64,000 nt of DNA from positions 492 to 64,491 of the forward strand of contig WRHR01000001.1 of the NCBI GenBank assembly GCA_009783145.1, written 5' to 3'. The number at the start of each line of letters is the position of its first letter. Within the stretch, counting starts at the first letter, position 1. A program made the position numbers and the translations under genes. This DNA is from Alphaproteobacteria bacterium (GTDB lineage: Bacteria > Pseudomonadota > Alphaproteobacteria > Rs-D84). A model generated the notes under the pieces. The model worked only from the letters and a program-made list of their open reading frames with translations, did no database searches and had not been told where the DNA came from. Positions 18,124 to 28,700 of this stretch are shown piece by piece.

Positions 18124-19005
18124 TTGTTATTTACTTCCTATACTGCGCGCGTGGAACAAAATACCGTGATTTCTTTCGCAAACGTTGCGGCGCGGTACGA
18201 AGGCGGGCGAGAGGTCCTGTCCGACGTATCCTTTAATATCAGCAACGGCGCTTTCTATTTCCTGTCCGGCGCGTCGGGGGCGGGCAAGACCACCCTTTTG
18301 CGCCTTATATATATGCTGCACCCCGCATCACGCGGCCAGATAAAGTTATTCGGAAAGACCACAACCGGAATGTCGCGAGACGACATCACCGCGCTTCGCC
18401 GCAAGATGGCCATCGTGTTCCAAGAGTACTCGCTGGTGTCGCACCTGTCGGTCTTCGACAATATCGCCCTGCCCTTGCGCGTTCGCGGCGCAGATGAAAA
18501 GTATGTGAAGAAACTTGTCGCGAAAACTTTGGAATGGGTGGGACTTGCGCAGTACGCAAACCAGCGCCCGCTGAATCTTTCCGGCGGACAGCAGCAGCGC
18601 GTTTCGGTCGCGCGCGCTATCATTACTCAGCCCGAAATCTTACTCGCGGACGAGCCGACCGGAAACCTGGACGACGATTCGGCCGCGCGACTGATGGAAT
18701 TATTCTTGCAGATGAACAAGAACTTCGGCACTGCCATCATTCTTGCAACGCACAGCCAGCGCCTGATGGACACTTACAAGTTCCCAAAGATTTATGTCGA
18801 AAACCAGCATGTGCGATTCGAGACGCGAGACGCGAAACGCGAAACGCGTGTCGATGATACAGAACCAACTGAAAAAAAATCTAAATCTCAAAATTCTGGC
18901 GCGTCTCGCGTCTCGCGTCTCGCGTCTCGCGATAAAAGTTATTTCGAAGAGCTATCGGGAAAACTTGAATTGGAATTTTCAAAACTGGCGGGAGAAGAAA
19001 AATGA
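18124..19005 (+). CDS. ftsE: Cell-division ABC ATPase FtsE, with a C-terminal extension created by an in-frame repeat-element insertion. A GTG at 18166 is a possible alternative start.
   Basis: Walker A GASGAGKTT, LSGGQQQRV signature and Walker B ILLADEPTGNLD. After ...YVENQHV the frame reads through the heptamer-arm element (ETRDAKRETR...SRVSRLASR). The stop overlaps the ftsX ATG (ATGA). Confidence 0.85.
   Translation: MLFTSYTARVEQNTVISFANVAARYEGGREVLSDVSFNISNGAFYFLSGASGAGKTTLLRLIYMLHPASRGQIKLFGKTTTGMSRDDITALRRKMAIVFQEYSLVSHLSVFDNIALPLRVRGADEKYVKKLVAKTLEWVGLAQYANQRPLNLSGGQQQRVSVARAIITQPEILLADEPTGNLDDDSAARLMELFLQMNKNFGTAIILATHSQRLMDTYKFPKIYVENQHVRFETRDAKRETRVDDTEPTEKKSKSQNSGASRVSRLASRDKSYFEELSGKLELEFSKLAGEEK
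18815..18940. repeat. Heptamer-arm palindromic element (GAGACGC/GAAACGC x4 ... GCGTCTC x4) inside the ftsE reading frame
   Basis: Seen directly. Translated as ETRDAKRETR...ASRVSRLASR. Confidence 0.8.
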
Positions 19006-19838
19006 GGAACAAACGGCCCCTGGTTTTTTCCTTCGTGCGCGAGCAAGCCATATTCTTGACGGCTTTGATAGCATTGCTGACTTTCCTTGCGACGCTTGCG
19101 TTGGGCGTTACCGTCGGAATCGGCGCCGGAGTCGCGCAATGGAACGCGCGGTGGGATACTTTCGCGACGGTTCAGGTCTTGCCGGGCGGAGACTTCGACG
19201 CCGCGCAAAAACTGTCCAGGAACGCAAAGCATGCAAACGTCGTTCCGGACGAGGAAGTTGCGAAAATGCTGCGCCCTTGGCTGGGCAGCAGCGATGCGTT
19301 ATCCGCTTATTTGCCGAAGATGATAGAAGTCGAGTTCGCGAACTCATCCGACTTGCGCAGCTTCGGCGATGCTGCGAAAAACCTGCAGGGCGCGCGCTTC
19401 ATCACGCATGCCGCCGGAGCAAGAAATATTACTCGCGCCGGATGGCAGATTATGGGAATCTCGGTCTTGGTCATGATTATGGTTCTGGGCGCCATAGGCC
19501 TCTGCATTTCATACATCACGCGCAATATAACTCTGATTCACAAGCGCGAGTTGGAAATATTAACTCAAATCGGCGCAAGCGATTCGTTCGTGGCAACCCA
19601 GATGCAAATTATCATCACTAAAATCAGCGCGATGGCGGCCGGCATCGGCCTGATTGTCGCAGTACCGATGATTTTCTTGATAACATCCATGGCTCAAGGG
19701 ACCCGAATCGGGTTGATGGCGCAAATGCATGTGCCAGCGATGGGATGGACCCTGATCGTATTGCTGCCCGTCCTAATAATCGCGCTGACGGCATGGTTGG
19801 CGCGCCGCACAACGATGAAGATTTTGGGCGATAAATAA
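19002..19838 (+). CDS. ftsX: Cell-division permease-like protein FtsX
   Basis: MRNKRPLVFSFVREQAIFLTALIAL..., four TM segments and a periplasmic loop. Translationally coupled to ftsE. Confidence 0.85.
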   Translation: MRNKRPLVFSFVREQAIFLTALIALLTFLATLALGVTVGIGAGVAQWNARWDTFATVQVLPGGDFDAAQKLSRNAKHANVVPDEEVAKMLRPWLGSSDALSAYLPKMIEVEFANSSDLRSFGDAAKNLQGARFITHAAGARNITRAGWQIMGISVLVMIMVLGAIGLCISYITRNITLIHKRELEILTQIGASDSFVATQMQIIITKISAMAAGIGLIVAVPMIFLITSMAQGTRIGLMAQMHVPAMGWTLIVLLPVLIIALTAWLARRTTMKILGDK

Positions 19839-19845
19839 TTTACGA

Positions 19846-19905
19846 TTTACAAATTACGATTTGTTGGGAGTAAAATCGTAAATCGTAAATCGTAAATCGT
19901 AAATC
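19846..19905. repeat. Hairpin built from the tandem heptamer TACGATT / AATCGTA (x4)
   Basis: Seen directly in the intergenic region between ftsX and the DUF218 gene. Confidence 0.7.
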
Positions 19906-19906
19906 A

Positions 19907-20440
19907 ATGAAATTACTTACCCCATCTTTACTAATCCTACTCATCATCGCCGGCGGCGCGGTGGCGTTCAAGCTGGGCACTCCCACAAAATGCGCGAATG
20001 TCCGCGGCGACGATACATTGTTCGCTCTGACCGGCGACGTGCGCAGGATTCCTTATGCGATGAAGCTGCTGGAATACCGCACCGATCGCAAACTGCAGAT
20101 AGTCGGCGTCGGAGGGCATCAATACGCGGAGCTTATCCCGGCACAATTCAAAAACCGCGTGGATATAGAAGTAGAATCGAAATCGACTTATGAAAACTCG
20201 CTGGCCGTGCGGGAAATTGCGATTGAAAAAAATCTGAAACGCATAGTAATCGTCACGACCGAAGATCATATGAACCGGTCTCTGCTGCTGATACGTCGCC
20301 AACTGCCGGATGCGACTGTAATCCCGTGCCCGGTAAGACTGCAAAAAATGCCCCCTTCTGAACGCCTTTGGCGCTGGGGCATGGAATACGCGAAATATAT
20401 CGCGACATGGTTGGGAATGGAAAAGCGGCGTACCGAATAA
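19907..20440 (+). CDS. DUF218 (ElyC/YdcF/SanA-family) protein
   Basis: N-terminal TM segment, then ...SKSTYENSLAVREIAIEKNLKRIVIVTTEDHMNRS... Confidence 0.65.
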   Translation: MKLLTPSLLILLIIAGGAVAFKLGTPTKCANVRGDDTLFALTGDVRRIPYAMKLLEYRTDRKLQIVGVGGHQYAELIPAQFKNRVDIEVESKSTYENSLAVREIAIEKNLKRIVIVTTEDHMNRSLLLIRRQLPDATVIPCPVRLQKMPPSERLWRWGMEYAKYIATWLGMEKRRTE

Positions 20441-20515
20441 TAATCTCCAATACAATACTAATCCCCATACACGCGTCATTACGGCCGCATAGACGGTCGC
20501 CATCACAAATGTATT

Positions 20516-20550
20516 GACAAGTGTAAATACACTGGTATAGTGACTTGTAT
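20516..20550 (+). promoter_or_regulatory. Sigma70-type promoter TTGACA-N17-TATAGT with the palindrome GTGTAAATACAC in the spacer (candidate operator)
   Basis: Near-consensus -35 and -10 boxes 25 nt upstream of the brnA-like ATG. Confidence 0.6.
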
Positions 20551-20574
20551 CGTCATCAGTATAGGAGTCTGTAT

Positions 20575-20808
20575 ATGCCAAACGTTATGCAGCAATTATT
20601 CGTAATGAATATTGAATCCTTGTTAAAGGAGTACGCCGTTTATCGCGCCTTTAACAAATCTAATTGCGTCATTAATATGCGAATTCCGGAAGAGATTTTG
20701 ACGCGCATAAAAAAGCTGGCGGACGAGCAGCATGTGCCCTATCAGTCGCTTATATCCTCGGTCCTGTTTTCATTGGCCAATATAGAAGAAACAAAAAAAT
20801 CCGCTTAG
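20575..20808 (+). CDS. BrnA-like antitoxin with a ribbon-helix-helix-type C-terminus. It is an orphan: no brnT is present upstream.
   Basis: ...MRIPEEILTRIKKLADEQHVPYQSLISSVLFSLA matches the BrnA pattern (IRld.dvl..lK.A.e.GipYQtlinsiL). RBS aggag lies 7 nt upstream. Confidence 0.5.
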   Translation: MPNVMQQLFVMNIESLLKEYAVYRAFNKSNCVINMRIPEEILTRIKKLADEQHVPYQSLISSVLFSLANIEETKKSA

Positions 20809-21254
20809 TCGCACCAGGGCTGGCGTTTGCCGCCGGAATATGGAATTGCCATATTTTCGCGCAGCATTATTTCGCCAACATCGCGCCCATCGCTAAGTTT
20901 TACATTCGCATCAATCCTTCCCAGATATTTATCGTCTTTTACATTAACTAAGTATATTTCCGAGTTTTCGGGCAACAATTCAACCAACCTATTCCGTGAT
21001 CTATGCGCCCATTCAGTTTCTTTGTCGCATTCGCCCGACAATTCCGGCGCGTCTATTCCCAGTATTCTAACGCGTACCGACACACTCGCATCGTTTTCAA
21101 GTTTTACTTTGGCCGAGAAAGTATCGCCGTCAATTATATATCCCGCAATTGCCGGCACGGGCGGCAGCGGCTCGGCCTTGACCCGCGCCGCAATAGCAAC
21201 AGAATGGCAGAACAAAAGAGCGGCTGACAATAATAATATCGGCAATTTCTTCAT
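20805..21254 (-). CDS. Secreted thermonuclease (SNase-like) homologue
   Basis: Signal peptide, then GYIIDGDTFSAKV...VRILGIDAPEL... Confidence 0.7.
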   Translation of the reverse strand: MKKLPILLLSAALLFCHSVAIAARVKAEPLPPVPAIAGYIIDGDTFSAKVKLENDASVSVRVRILGIDAPELSGECDKETEWAHRSRNRLVELLPENSEIYLVNVKDDKYLGRIDANVKLSDGRDVGEIMLRENMAIPYSGGKRQPWCD

Positions 21255-21259
21255 TTGGC

Positions 21260-22633
21260 CTAGGGGAGTTTCGGCGACCAGGTCGGCTCCAGCCCGTTGA
21301 CGCCTTCGGGCAGCTTTATATCATATGTGTTGTGCCCCATTATATCCACGCTGCGGATATGGCTGACGCGCTCGGTATCGCTGTATTTTTCCGTTTCGTA
21401 ATAGACGACGCGGCGACTGCCCGGCGCCCAGCTTGGGGCCTCCATATACCATCCTCCGGCAAGGATTTTCTCGTTCTTTCCCTTCGGCGACATCACTCCG
21501 ATGAAAAAGGTATCGTCCGCTATCTTCGTGAACGCGATATAGTTCCCGTCGGGGCTCCACGCGGGCGTGGCATAGCGCCCGTTGCCGAATGTTATGCGCT
21601 GCTCGGACAAGTCGCCCAGGTCCATCACATGAATCTGCTGGCTGCCCGACCGGTTCGAATTGAACGCCAGCTTTTTCCCGTCCGGGGAATACGAAGGCGA
21701 AGTATTGATATTATCGCCGAACGTCAATTGGCGCAGCTTGCTGTTTTCCAAGTCGTATTCGTAAAGGTTCGTGGCGCCGTTCTTGACAAGGGATATCGCG
21801 ACCTTGCCGCCATCCGGCGAAAAGCGCGGCGCGAATGTCATCCCGCCGAACTGCCCCAGCTTGCGCTGCGCGCCGGTATTCATATCCAGCGTCCAGACCA
21901 TCGGATTATCGTCGCGATAGGATAGGAATACTATGGTCTGCATGTTCGGCGAAAAGTGCGGCGACATAACCATGGTTTTCGCATCCGAGATATAGCGGAA
22001 TCCGAATCCGTCGCTGTCCATTATCGCAAGGCGCTTGGTTCGGTTGCCCATCTCCCCGGTCTCGGTCGTCATGGCTATCTGAGTATCGAAATACCCGACT
22101 TCGCCGGTCAATCTTTCATAAATGCTGTCCGCCATGATATGCGCGAGACGCCGGGCGGATTTCTTAGGCGCGACCAGGACTTGGGCTTCGATCTGTTCTT
22201 TGCCCTGGATATCCCAGACATAGAACTGCAGGCTGTATTTTCCGTCGGCGGTTTCCGTAAGCCGGCTTTGCACCATGACCTGGGTTTTTATCGCTTCCCA
22301 GTCTCGCCAAACCGGCATTTCGTCCATTTTTACGAGTTTAGGATGCGCGGCCTGCTTTACGATATGGAACAAGCCGGTGGATTTCAGGTCGTTTTCCACA
22401 ACTTCGCGCAGGGTCGCGGCCAGTTTCGCGTCTTTGGCCTCGAACTTTTGAATCGCGATCGGTATGGGCGAGACGTTGCCGGCGATAATATCGACCTTTA
22501 ATTCGGCGCGTGCCGCGCCGATAAAGAATAAAGAATAAAGAATAAAGAATCCGAGTTGGCAATTTATTGCCTTTACGAGGATACGCGCAGACGCGAAGCG
22601 TCGAGCGAATAAATTCTTTGCTTTTTTTAACAT
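21260..22633 (-). CDS. tolB: Tol-Pal system beta-propeller protein TolB. The start is trimmed to MLKKAKNLF.
   Basis: N-terminal TolB domain plus repeated WSPDG beta-propeller blades (SPDGGKVA, SPDGKKLAF, AWSPDGNYIAF). The signal peptide contains the tandem heptamer AAAGAAT x4. Confidence 0.9.
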   Translation of the reverse strand: MLKKAKNLFARRFASARILVKAINCQLGFFILYSLFFIGAARAELKVDIIAGNVSPIPIAIQKFEAKDAKLAATLREVVENDLKSTGLFHIVKQAAHPKLVKMDEMPVWRDWEAIKTQVMVQSRLTETADGKYSLQFYVWDIQGKEQIEAQVLVAPKKSARRLAHIMADSIYERLTGEVGYFDTQIAMTTETGEMGNRTKRLAIMDSDGFGFRYISDAKTMVMSPHFSPNMQTIVFLSYRDDNPMVWTLDMNTGAQRKLGQFGGMTFAPRFSPDGGKVAISLVKNGATNLYEYDLENSKLRQLTFGDNINTSPSYSPDGKKLAFNSNRSGSQQIHVMDLGDLSEQRITFGNGRYATPAWSPDGNYIAFTKIADDTFFIGVMSPKGKNEKILAGGWYMEAPSWAPGSRRVVYYETEKYSDTERVSHIRSVDIMGHNTYDIKLPEGVNGLEPTWSPKLP

Positions 22634-22765
22634 AATGTTTCCTTTCCTTAGGCACGGCGATTTTATCTTATAACAAATAAAAAGCAAACAAAATAAAAAC
22701 TCCACTGGACACGATTCGCGCATTTTGATAGAATTCAGAGACTAATATTTAGGAATGGATGCCCT

Positions 22766-25700
22766 GTGAAGAGAGAAGGCCGGAAAATCAGCTTGGTCGC
22801 GTTAATTATCGCCGCGTTCGTCGCGCCGGCAATGGGCGCCGATATAAACATAGTTACCTCCAAGCAATACGTCGACGCCAGGTTCAACCCTGCCGACGCC
22901 GCGACCAAGATTGCGGTCGTGACGCTTGACGCCAATAATCGCCCCATCGTAAAGAATGATAAGAGCATTTCAGACATACTCGGCGGCATAACTACAACGA
23001 CCACCGGTGCCGGTAATGCGGTTACAAGCATTTCCGACGACGGCGCGGGCCATATCACTGCGACCAAGGGCTCGACTTTCTTGACCGGCGAAACCGACCC
23101 GTCCATCGATACCACTGTCATGGGCACTGCGGCGACTGCCGCGGGAACGACTGGCACCGCGGGCAAGGTTTATACGGTTCAGAAAAATGCGGCCGGGAAA
23201 GCAGTCGTCAGCGTGCCTTGGATGGATAACAATACGACTTACACCGGCACCGCGCCAATTGATGTAACCGGTACTGTCGTGTCTCATAATACTTCCGGCG
23301 TAACAGCCGCAGCATATGGGCCCAGCGCTCCCGCGACTTTGACATCTGGCGGAACGTTTACCGTTCCCAGCGTGACTGTAGACGCAAGAGGACATGTCAC
23401 TGCTGCTGCTGCGCAAACCATGACTATGCCAAGCATACCTGCGGCTGCAAATAATGCCGCGATTAAAATAGCATATGCGACGACCGGCATAACGGCTGCA
23501 GGGAACTTTGCGACCGTCAATCAAGCGGCCGATAGTACTTTGACCTTGCATACTGTGGCAAGCACCGGAAGCTATAACGATCTGGGCAACAAGCCGTCGA
23601 TACCAGCGGCTCAGGTTAATAGCGATTGGAATGCAGGCAGTGGCGTTGCGCAGATACTGAACAAGCCGACAATACCGACTATAACTATGAACAACGCTGG
23701 GACTACGACGCCGAGCTTTTATGCTCCGACAGCAGGAGGCACTTCGGGTAATGTTCTGAAATCCACCGGGGCGACCAGCGCTCCGACTTGGGGGACATTG
23801 TCTTACTCTGATATTACTGGCACCCTGCCGCAGGTGCAATCTGACTGGGCTCAGGCGACAACGGGTGCGGCTGATTATATTAAGAACAAACCGACGATAC
23901 CAAATACTGCTGGCACTGGCATCAACATAACCGGCGCGACCATAACTAATACCGCGCCGAATTTGCAAACGAAGAATATTGTCGGAGCGGCGACCGGCGC
24001 GACTGCGAATGCGGCCTCTACGAACGGCAATACGTATTTGAATGCTGTTGAGAACGGCGCTGTGGTCAGCACTCACAAAATCGCTGGAGGCGGCGCGACT
24101 ACTGTTACTTCCGACGCTTCCGGAAACATAACCATCAGCAGCACGGATACGCCTCCTACGACATATACCGGCACCGCGCCTATTAATGTGACCGGTACTG
24201 TTGTATCTCATAATACTTCCGGCGTTACGGCGGCAACTTATGGTCCCGGCGCGAATGCGACATTGGCTTCGGGCGGAACATTTACTGTTCCGGAAGTTAC
24301 GCTCAATGCGACAGGACATGCGACCGGCGCCGCGACAAGAACATTTACCTTGCCGACTATATTAACCCATCCGGCCGGCGCGAACGGCACTTTCGGACCG
24401 GCTGCGAACGCGACACTGACTTATGGCGGCACATTCACAGTTCCGCAAGTAACCGTCGATGCGAACGGGCATACGACAACAGGCGCGACAAGAACATTTA
24501 CCATGCCGGCCGCGCCGACCGCTTATACTCACCCCAACGACGGCGGGGCTGGAACGTACGGTCCGGGAGCAGATGCAACATTAGTAAGCGGCGGCACGTT
24601 TACAGTTCCACAAGTAACCGTCAACGCTGCCGGGCACACGACTTCGGGCGCGACCAGAACGTTTACTATGCCCTCGATTCCCGCGGCTGCAAACAATGCA
24701 GCGATTAATATTGCATATGGCGCAACCGCAACAGCTCCGGGACAATTTGCGACTGTTGATCAATCAGCTGCTACAACTCTTACTTTGCATACTGTGGCAA
24801 GAACAGGAAGTTATGATGACCTGACTAACAGGCCGACTATTACGGATACTAAGATCAAGGCGTTCAACGGCAACGTTACTGCAGGCACGGCGGCGGCATA
24901 TACTCTTGCGACCACATATCCTGCGTTCACGGCGGCGGATATGGCTGACGGAACGGTAGTGTTTGCGACTCCGAACCAAACGAACTCCGCCGGCGCGACG
25001 TTATCCGTTGGCGGGCAGACAGCGCGTCCGATTTGGAATTCCGCGACCGGCGCGACTGTGGCGGCAAGCGCTTTGGTTGCGAACATGGCTTACTCGTTCA
25101 CGTATGACGCCACGAATAACAGATGGCATGCAAAGCAGCTGGATACAAACACGGTTTATACTCATCCGACCGGTGGTGCGAACGCTACGCTTGGTCCGGG
25201 GGCGAATGCGACGTTGACATTCGGCGGCACATTTACCGTTCCGCAAGTAACTGTCGATGCGAGCGGGCACACGACTTCTGGCGCGACAAGAACATTCACT
25301 ATGCCTGCGACGCCGACGGCTACGGGCACTGCGGGCGGCGATTTGACCGGAACTTATCCTAACCCGACTTTGACCACGACTGGCGCGGCTGCCGGAACTT
25401 ACGGCATTACGGCGGATGCGTCCGGATCCGGAGCAAGCTTTAAAGTTCCGAAATTCACTGTCGATACCAAGGGTCGTTTGAGCATGGCGGGAGAGAATAC
25501 CGTCACTATGCCGACGACAACGACTTATGCCGGCACCGCGCCAATTACCGTAAGCGGAAGCAGCATAACTCATGACGACTCCGGCGTAACGGCCGCAGCA
25601 TACGGGCCCAGCGCGCCCGCGACCTTGACATCCGGCGGAACGTTTACGATTCCGTCAGTTACCGTTAATGCAAAGGGCCACGTCACGGCGGCAGCAACTC

Positions 25701-28700
25701 AGACCATGACCATGCCTACGATACCGGCGGCGTTCACTCATCCGGCCGGCGCGAACGGCACATTCGGTCCGGCTGCGAATGCGACTTTGACTTATGGCGG
25801 CACATTTACAGTTCCGCAGGTAACAGTTGATGCGAATGGGCATACGACCACCGGCGCGACCAGAACATTCACTATGCCGGCGATTTACACTCATCCCAAT
25901 GACGGCGGAGCTGGAACATACGGTCCGGGCGCGGATGCTACTTTGGCAAGCGGCGGCACATTCACGGTTCCGTATGTAACGGTCAATGCGGCCGGTCATA
26001 CGACCGCCGGCGGAGTCAGAACATTTACCATGCCGACTTTATCGCCGAACTTGCAGACAAAAAATATCGTCGGCGCGACAACGGGGGCAACCGCGAACGC
26101 GGCTTCTACGAACGGCAACACATATTTGAACGCCGTTGAGAACGGCGCAGTGGTAAGCACTCACAAAATCGCGGGCAGCGGCGCGACTACCGTCATATCG
26201 GATGCGTCTGGCAATATAACTATCAACAGTCCCGCCGCCACGACATATACCGGAACTGCGCCGATTACCGTAAGCGGAAGCAGCATCACTCATGACAACT
26301 CCACCGTCACGGCTGGAAATTACGGTCCGGCGGCGAATGCGACGTTGACTTCCGGGGGAACATTTACAGTGCCGTATATCTCCGTCGACGCGAAGGGCCA
26401 TACAATCACAGGCACGGCGACAAGAACGTTTACGATGCCGACTATTACGGATACTAAGATCAAGGCGTTCAACGGGAATGTTACCGCGGGCACGGCGGCG
26501 GCTTACACTCTGGCAACTACATACCCGTCGTTTACGGCGGCAGATATGGCTGACGGAACGGTTGTGTTCGCAACTGTGAACCAGACGAACTCCGCAGGTG
26601 CGACGCTGGCTGTTGGCGGACAGACTGCAAGGCCGATTTTCAATACTGCGACTGGGGCTGCTGTGGCGGCGAGCGCGCTGATAGCGAACACGGCTTACTC
26701 GTTCACGTATGACGCCACGAATAACAGATGGCATGCCAAGCAGCTTGATACGAATACGTTAACGCGGGTTAATCTGAACAACGCGGGATTGAACAGCGGC
26801 GACATTACGGCGTTCTATGCTCCGACCGGGGGCGGCACGTCAGGCAACGTTCTGAAATCCACCGGGGCGACCAGTGCTCCGACTTGGGGGACTTTGAGCA
26901 CCAGCGACATCACCGATATAAATACATATGTTACGACGAACGCGGCCAAATCATTCAACGGGGCAACTACTACCTTGGCGACTAACGCTTACTCGCTCGC
27001 GGCAACGCAGCCGACGTTTGCGGCGGGGAATTTGGTCGCAGGCGCGGTGGTGTTCGCTACATTGAACGCGACGAATCCGTCGGCTGCTCCGACTTTGAAT
27101 GTGAATTCTACCGGCGCGAAGACCATCATGCTGAACGGCGCGGCGACGGGGGCGAGCGCTTTGGTTGCGAATGTCGCCTACTCATTCACTTACGACGGCA
27201 CGAACTGGAGCGCAAAGCAGCTTGATACGAATACGTTAACGCGGGTTAATCTGAACAACGCGGGATTGAACAGCGGAGATATTACGGCGTTCTATGCTCC
27301 GACCGGGGGCGGCACATCTGGCAATGTCTTGAAATCCACCGGAGCAACCAGTGCGCCGACTTGGGGGACGTTGTCTTATTCGGATATAACTGGAACTGCT
27401 CCGGACACCAAGATTAAGGCGTTTAATGGGAACCTTACCGCAGGCACGGCGGCGGCTTACACTCTGGCGACCACATATCCGACGTTTACAGCGGCGGATA
27501 TGGCTGACGGAACGGTTGTGTTCGCTACTGTGAACCAGATGAACTCCGCCAGTGCGACATTGTCTGTTGGCGGACAGACCGCGAGGCCGATTTTCCATAC
27601 TGAGACTGGCGCGGCCGTGAATGCGGGCTCATTGGGGACGTACAGGGCACATTCATTCACTTACGATGGCACGAACAACAGATGGTACGCAAAGCAACTT
27701 GATACGTACGAACATTCCGCATCAGGCAATCCTGGGCAATACGGTCCGACTTCCGGCGGAACATTGGCCTTCGGCGGCACATTTACCGTTCCATATATAG
27801 AGGGAAATGATCAAGGACATGTCATTGATTCTGGGGAAGTTACATTTACTCTGCCGGCGGCGCCGACTGTCACTGAAACCGATCCGCTGTTCAACGCCCT
27901 TGACGGGACAGCTGGGGCGACCACCGGGACTGCCCCGACATACCTTCTTACCACCGCCGCTGCAAAGAAGATAACTCTGACGACCGGCGCGCGCGTCATT
28001 ACGAAGATACATGCCGCCGCAACGGCCGCAGCCACTTTGAATGTAACCTCGAACAGTGTCGCTCTGGGGGCAAAGGCCATCTTTGTGAACGGTGCGGCGG
28101 TCAGCTCTACCAATCCGTTGAAAGCGAACGCGGTTTACGAATTCATATATGACGGGACTCAGTGGCAAGCGATTGGCACGGATACTATTCCGGATTTGAG
28201 CACAGTTGTTCCGACATACGAAACCGATCCGAAGTTCAACTACTTCGACGGCACGATTAGCGGAATGGCGCCGAGCTATACTCTTACCACGTCAAAAGTC
28301 ATACCTTCGCCATTGGCGGCTGGTGCCCGCGTGGTTGCAAAAATCCAAGGAACCGCAACATCTGCCGCAACTTTGACCGTTATTGCGAATGGCGTCAATC
28401 TCACTGCAAAGAACATATTTGTAAACGGCGCTGCAATCAGCTCGACCAATCCGTTGAAAGGCGCTGTTTACGAGTTCATCTATGATGGAACCCAATGGCA
28501 GATTATTGGCGCGATTCAAGATGTTGCAACAAATGAAGCCGACCCGAGGTTCTTCTTCTACGATGGGCAGACCGGCGGAACCGCGCCGAATTATACTCTT
28601 ACAACGACAAAGATCGTGCCCACCATGGTATCGGGCCCAGGCGCGCGCTTGGTCGTGAAATTTCATGCCGGCACGACATCCGCCGCGGCTTTGAACTTAA

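Noticed and set aside
20440-20574. Missing BrnT toxin ORF upstream of the brnA-like gene
   Set aside because: No ORF over 30 aa with a start and RBS lies in this 135-bp interval. It contains only the promoter.
22970-28666. Many 60-450-aa minus-strand ORFs inside the 2175-aa giant gene (e.g. 22970..24319, 25001..25573, 26039..26734)
   Set aside because: Arg/Cys/Ser-rich low-complexity shadow ORFs typical of antisense frames in repetitive high-GC sequence.
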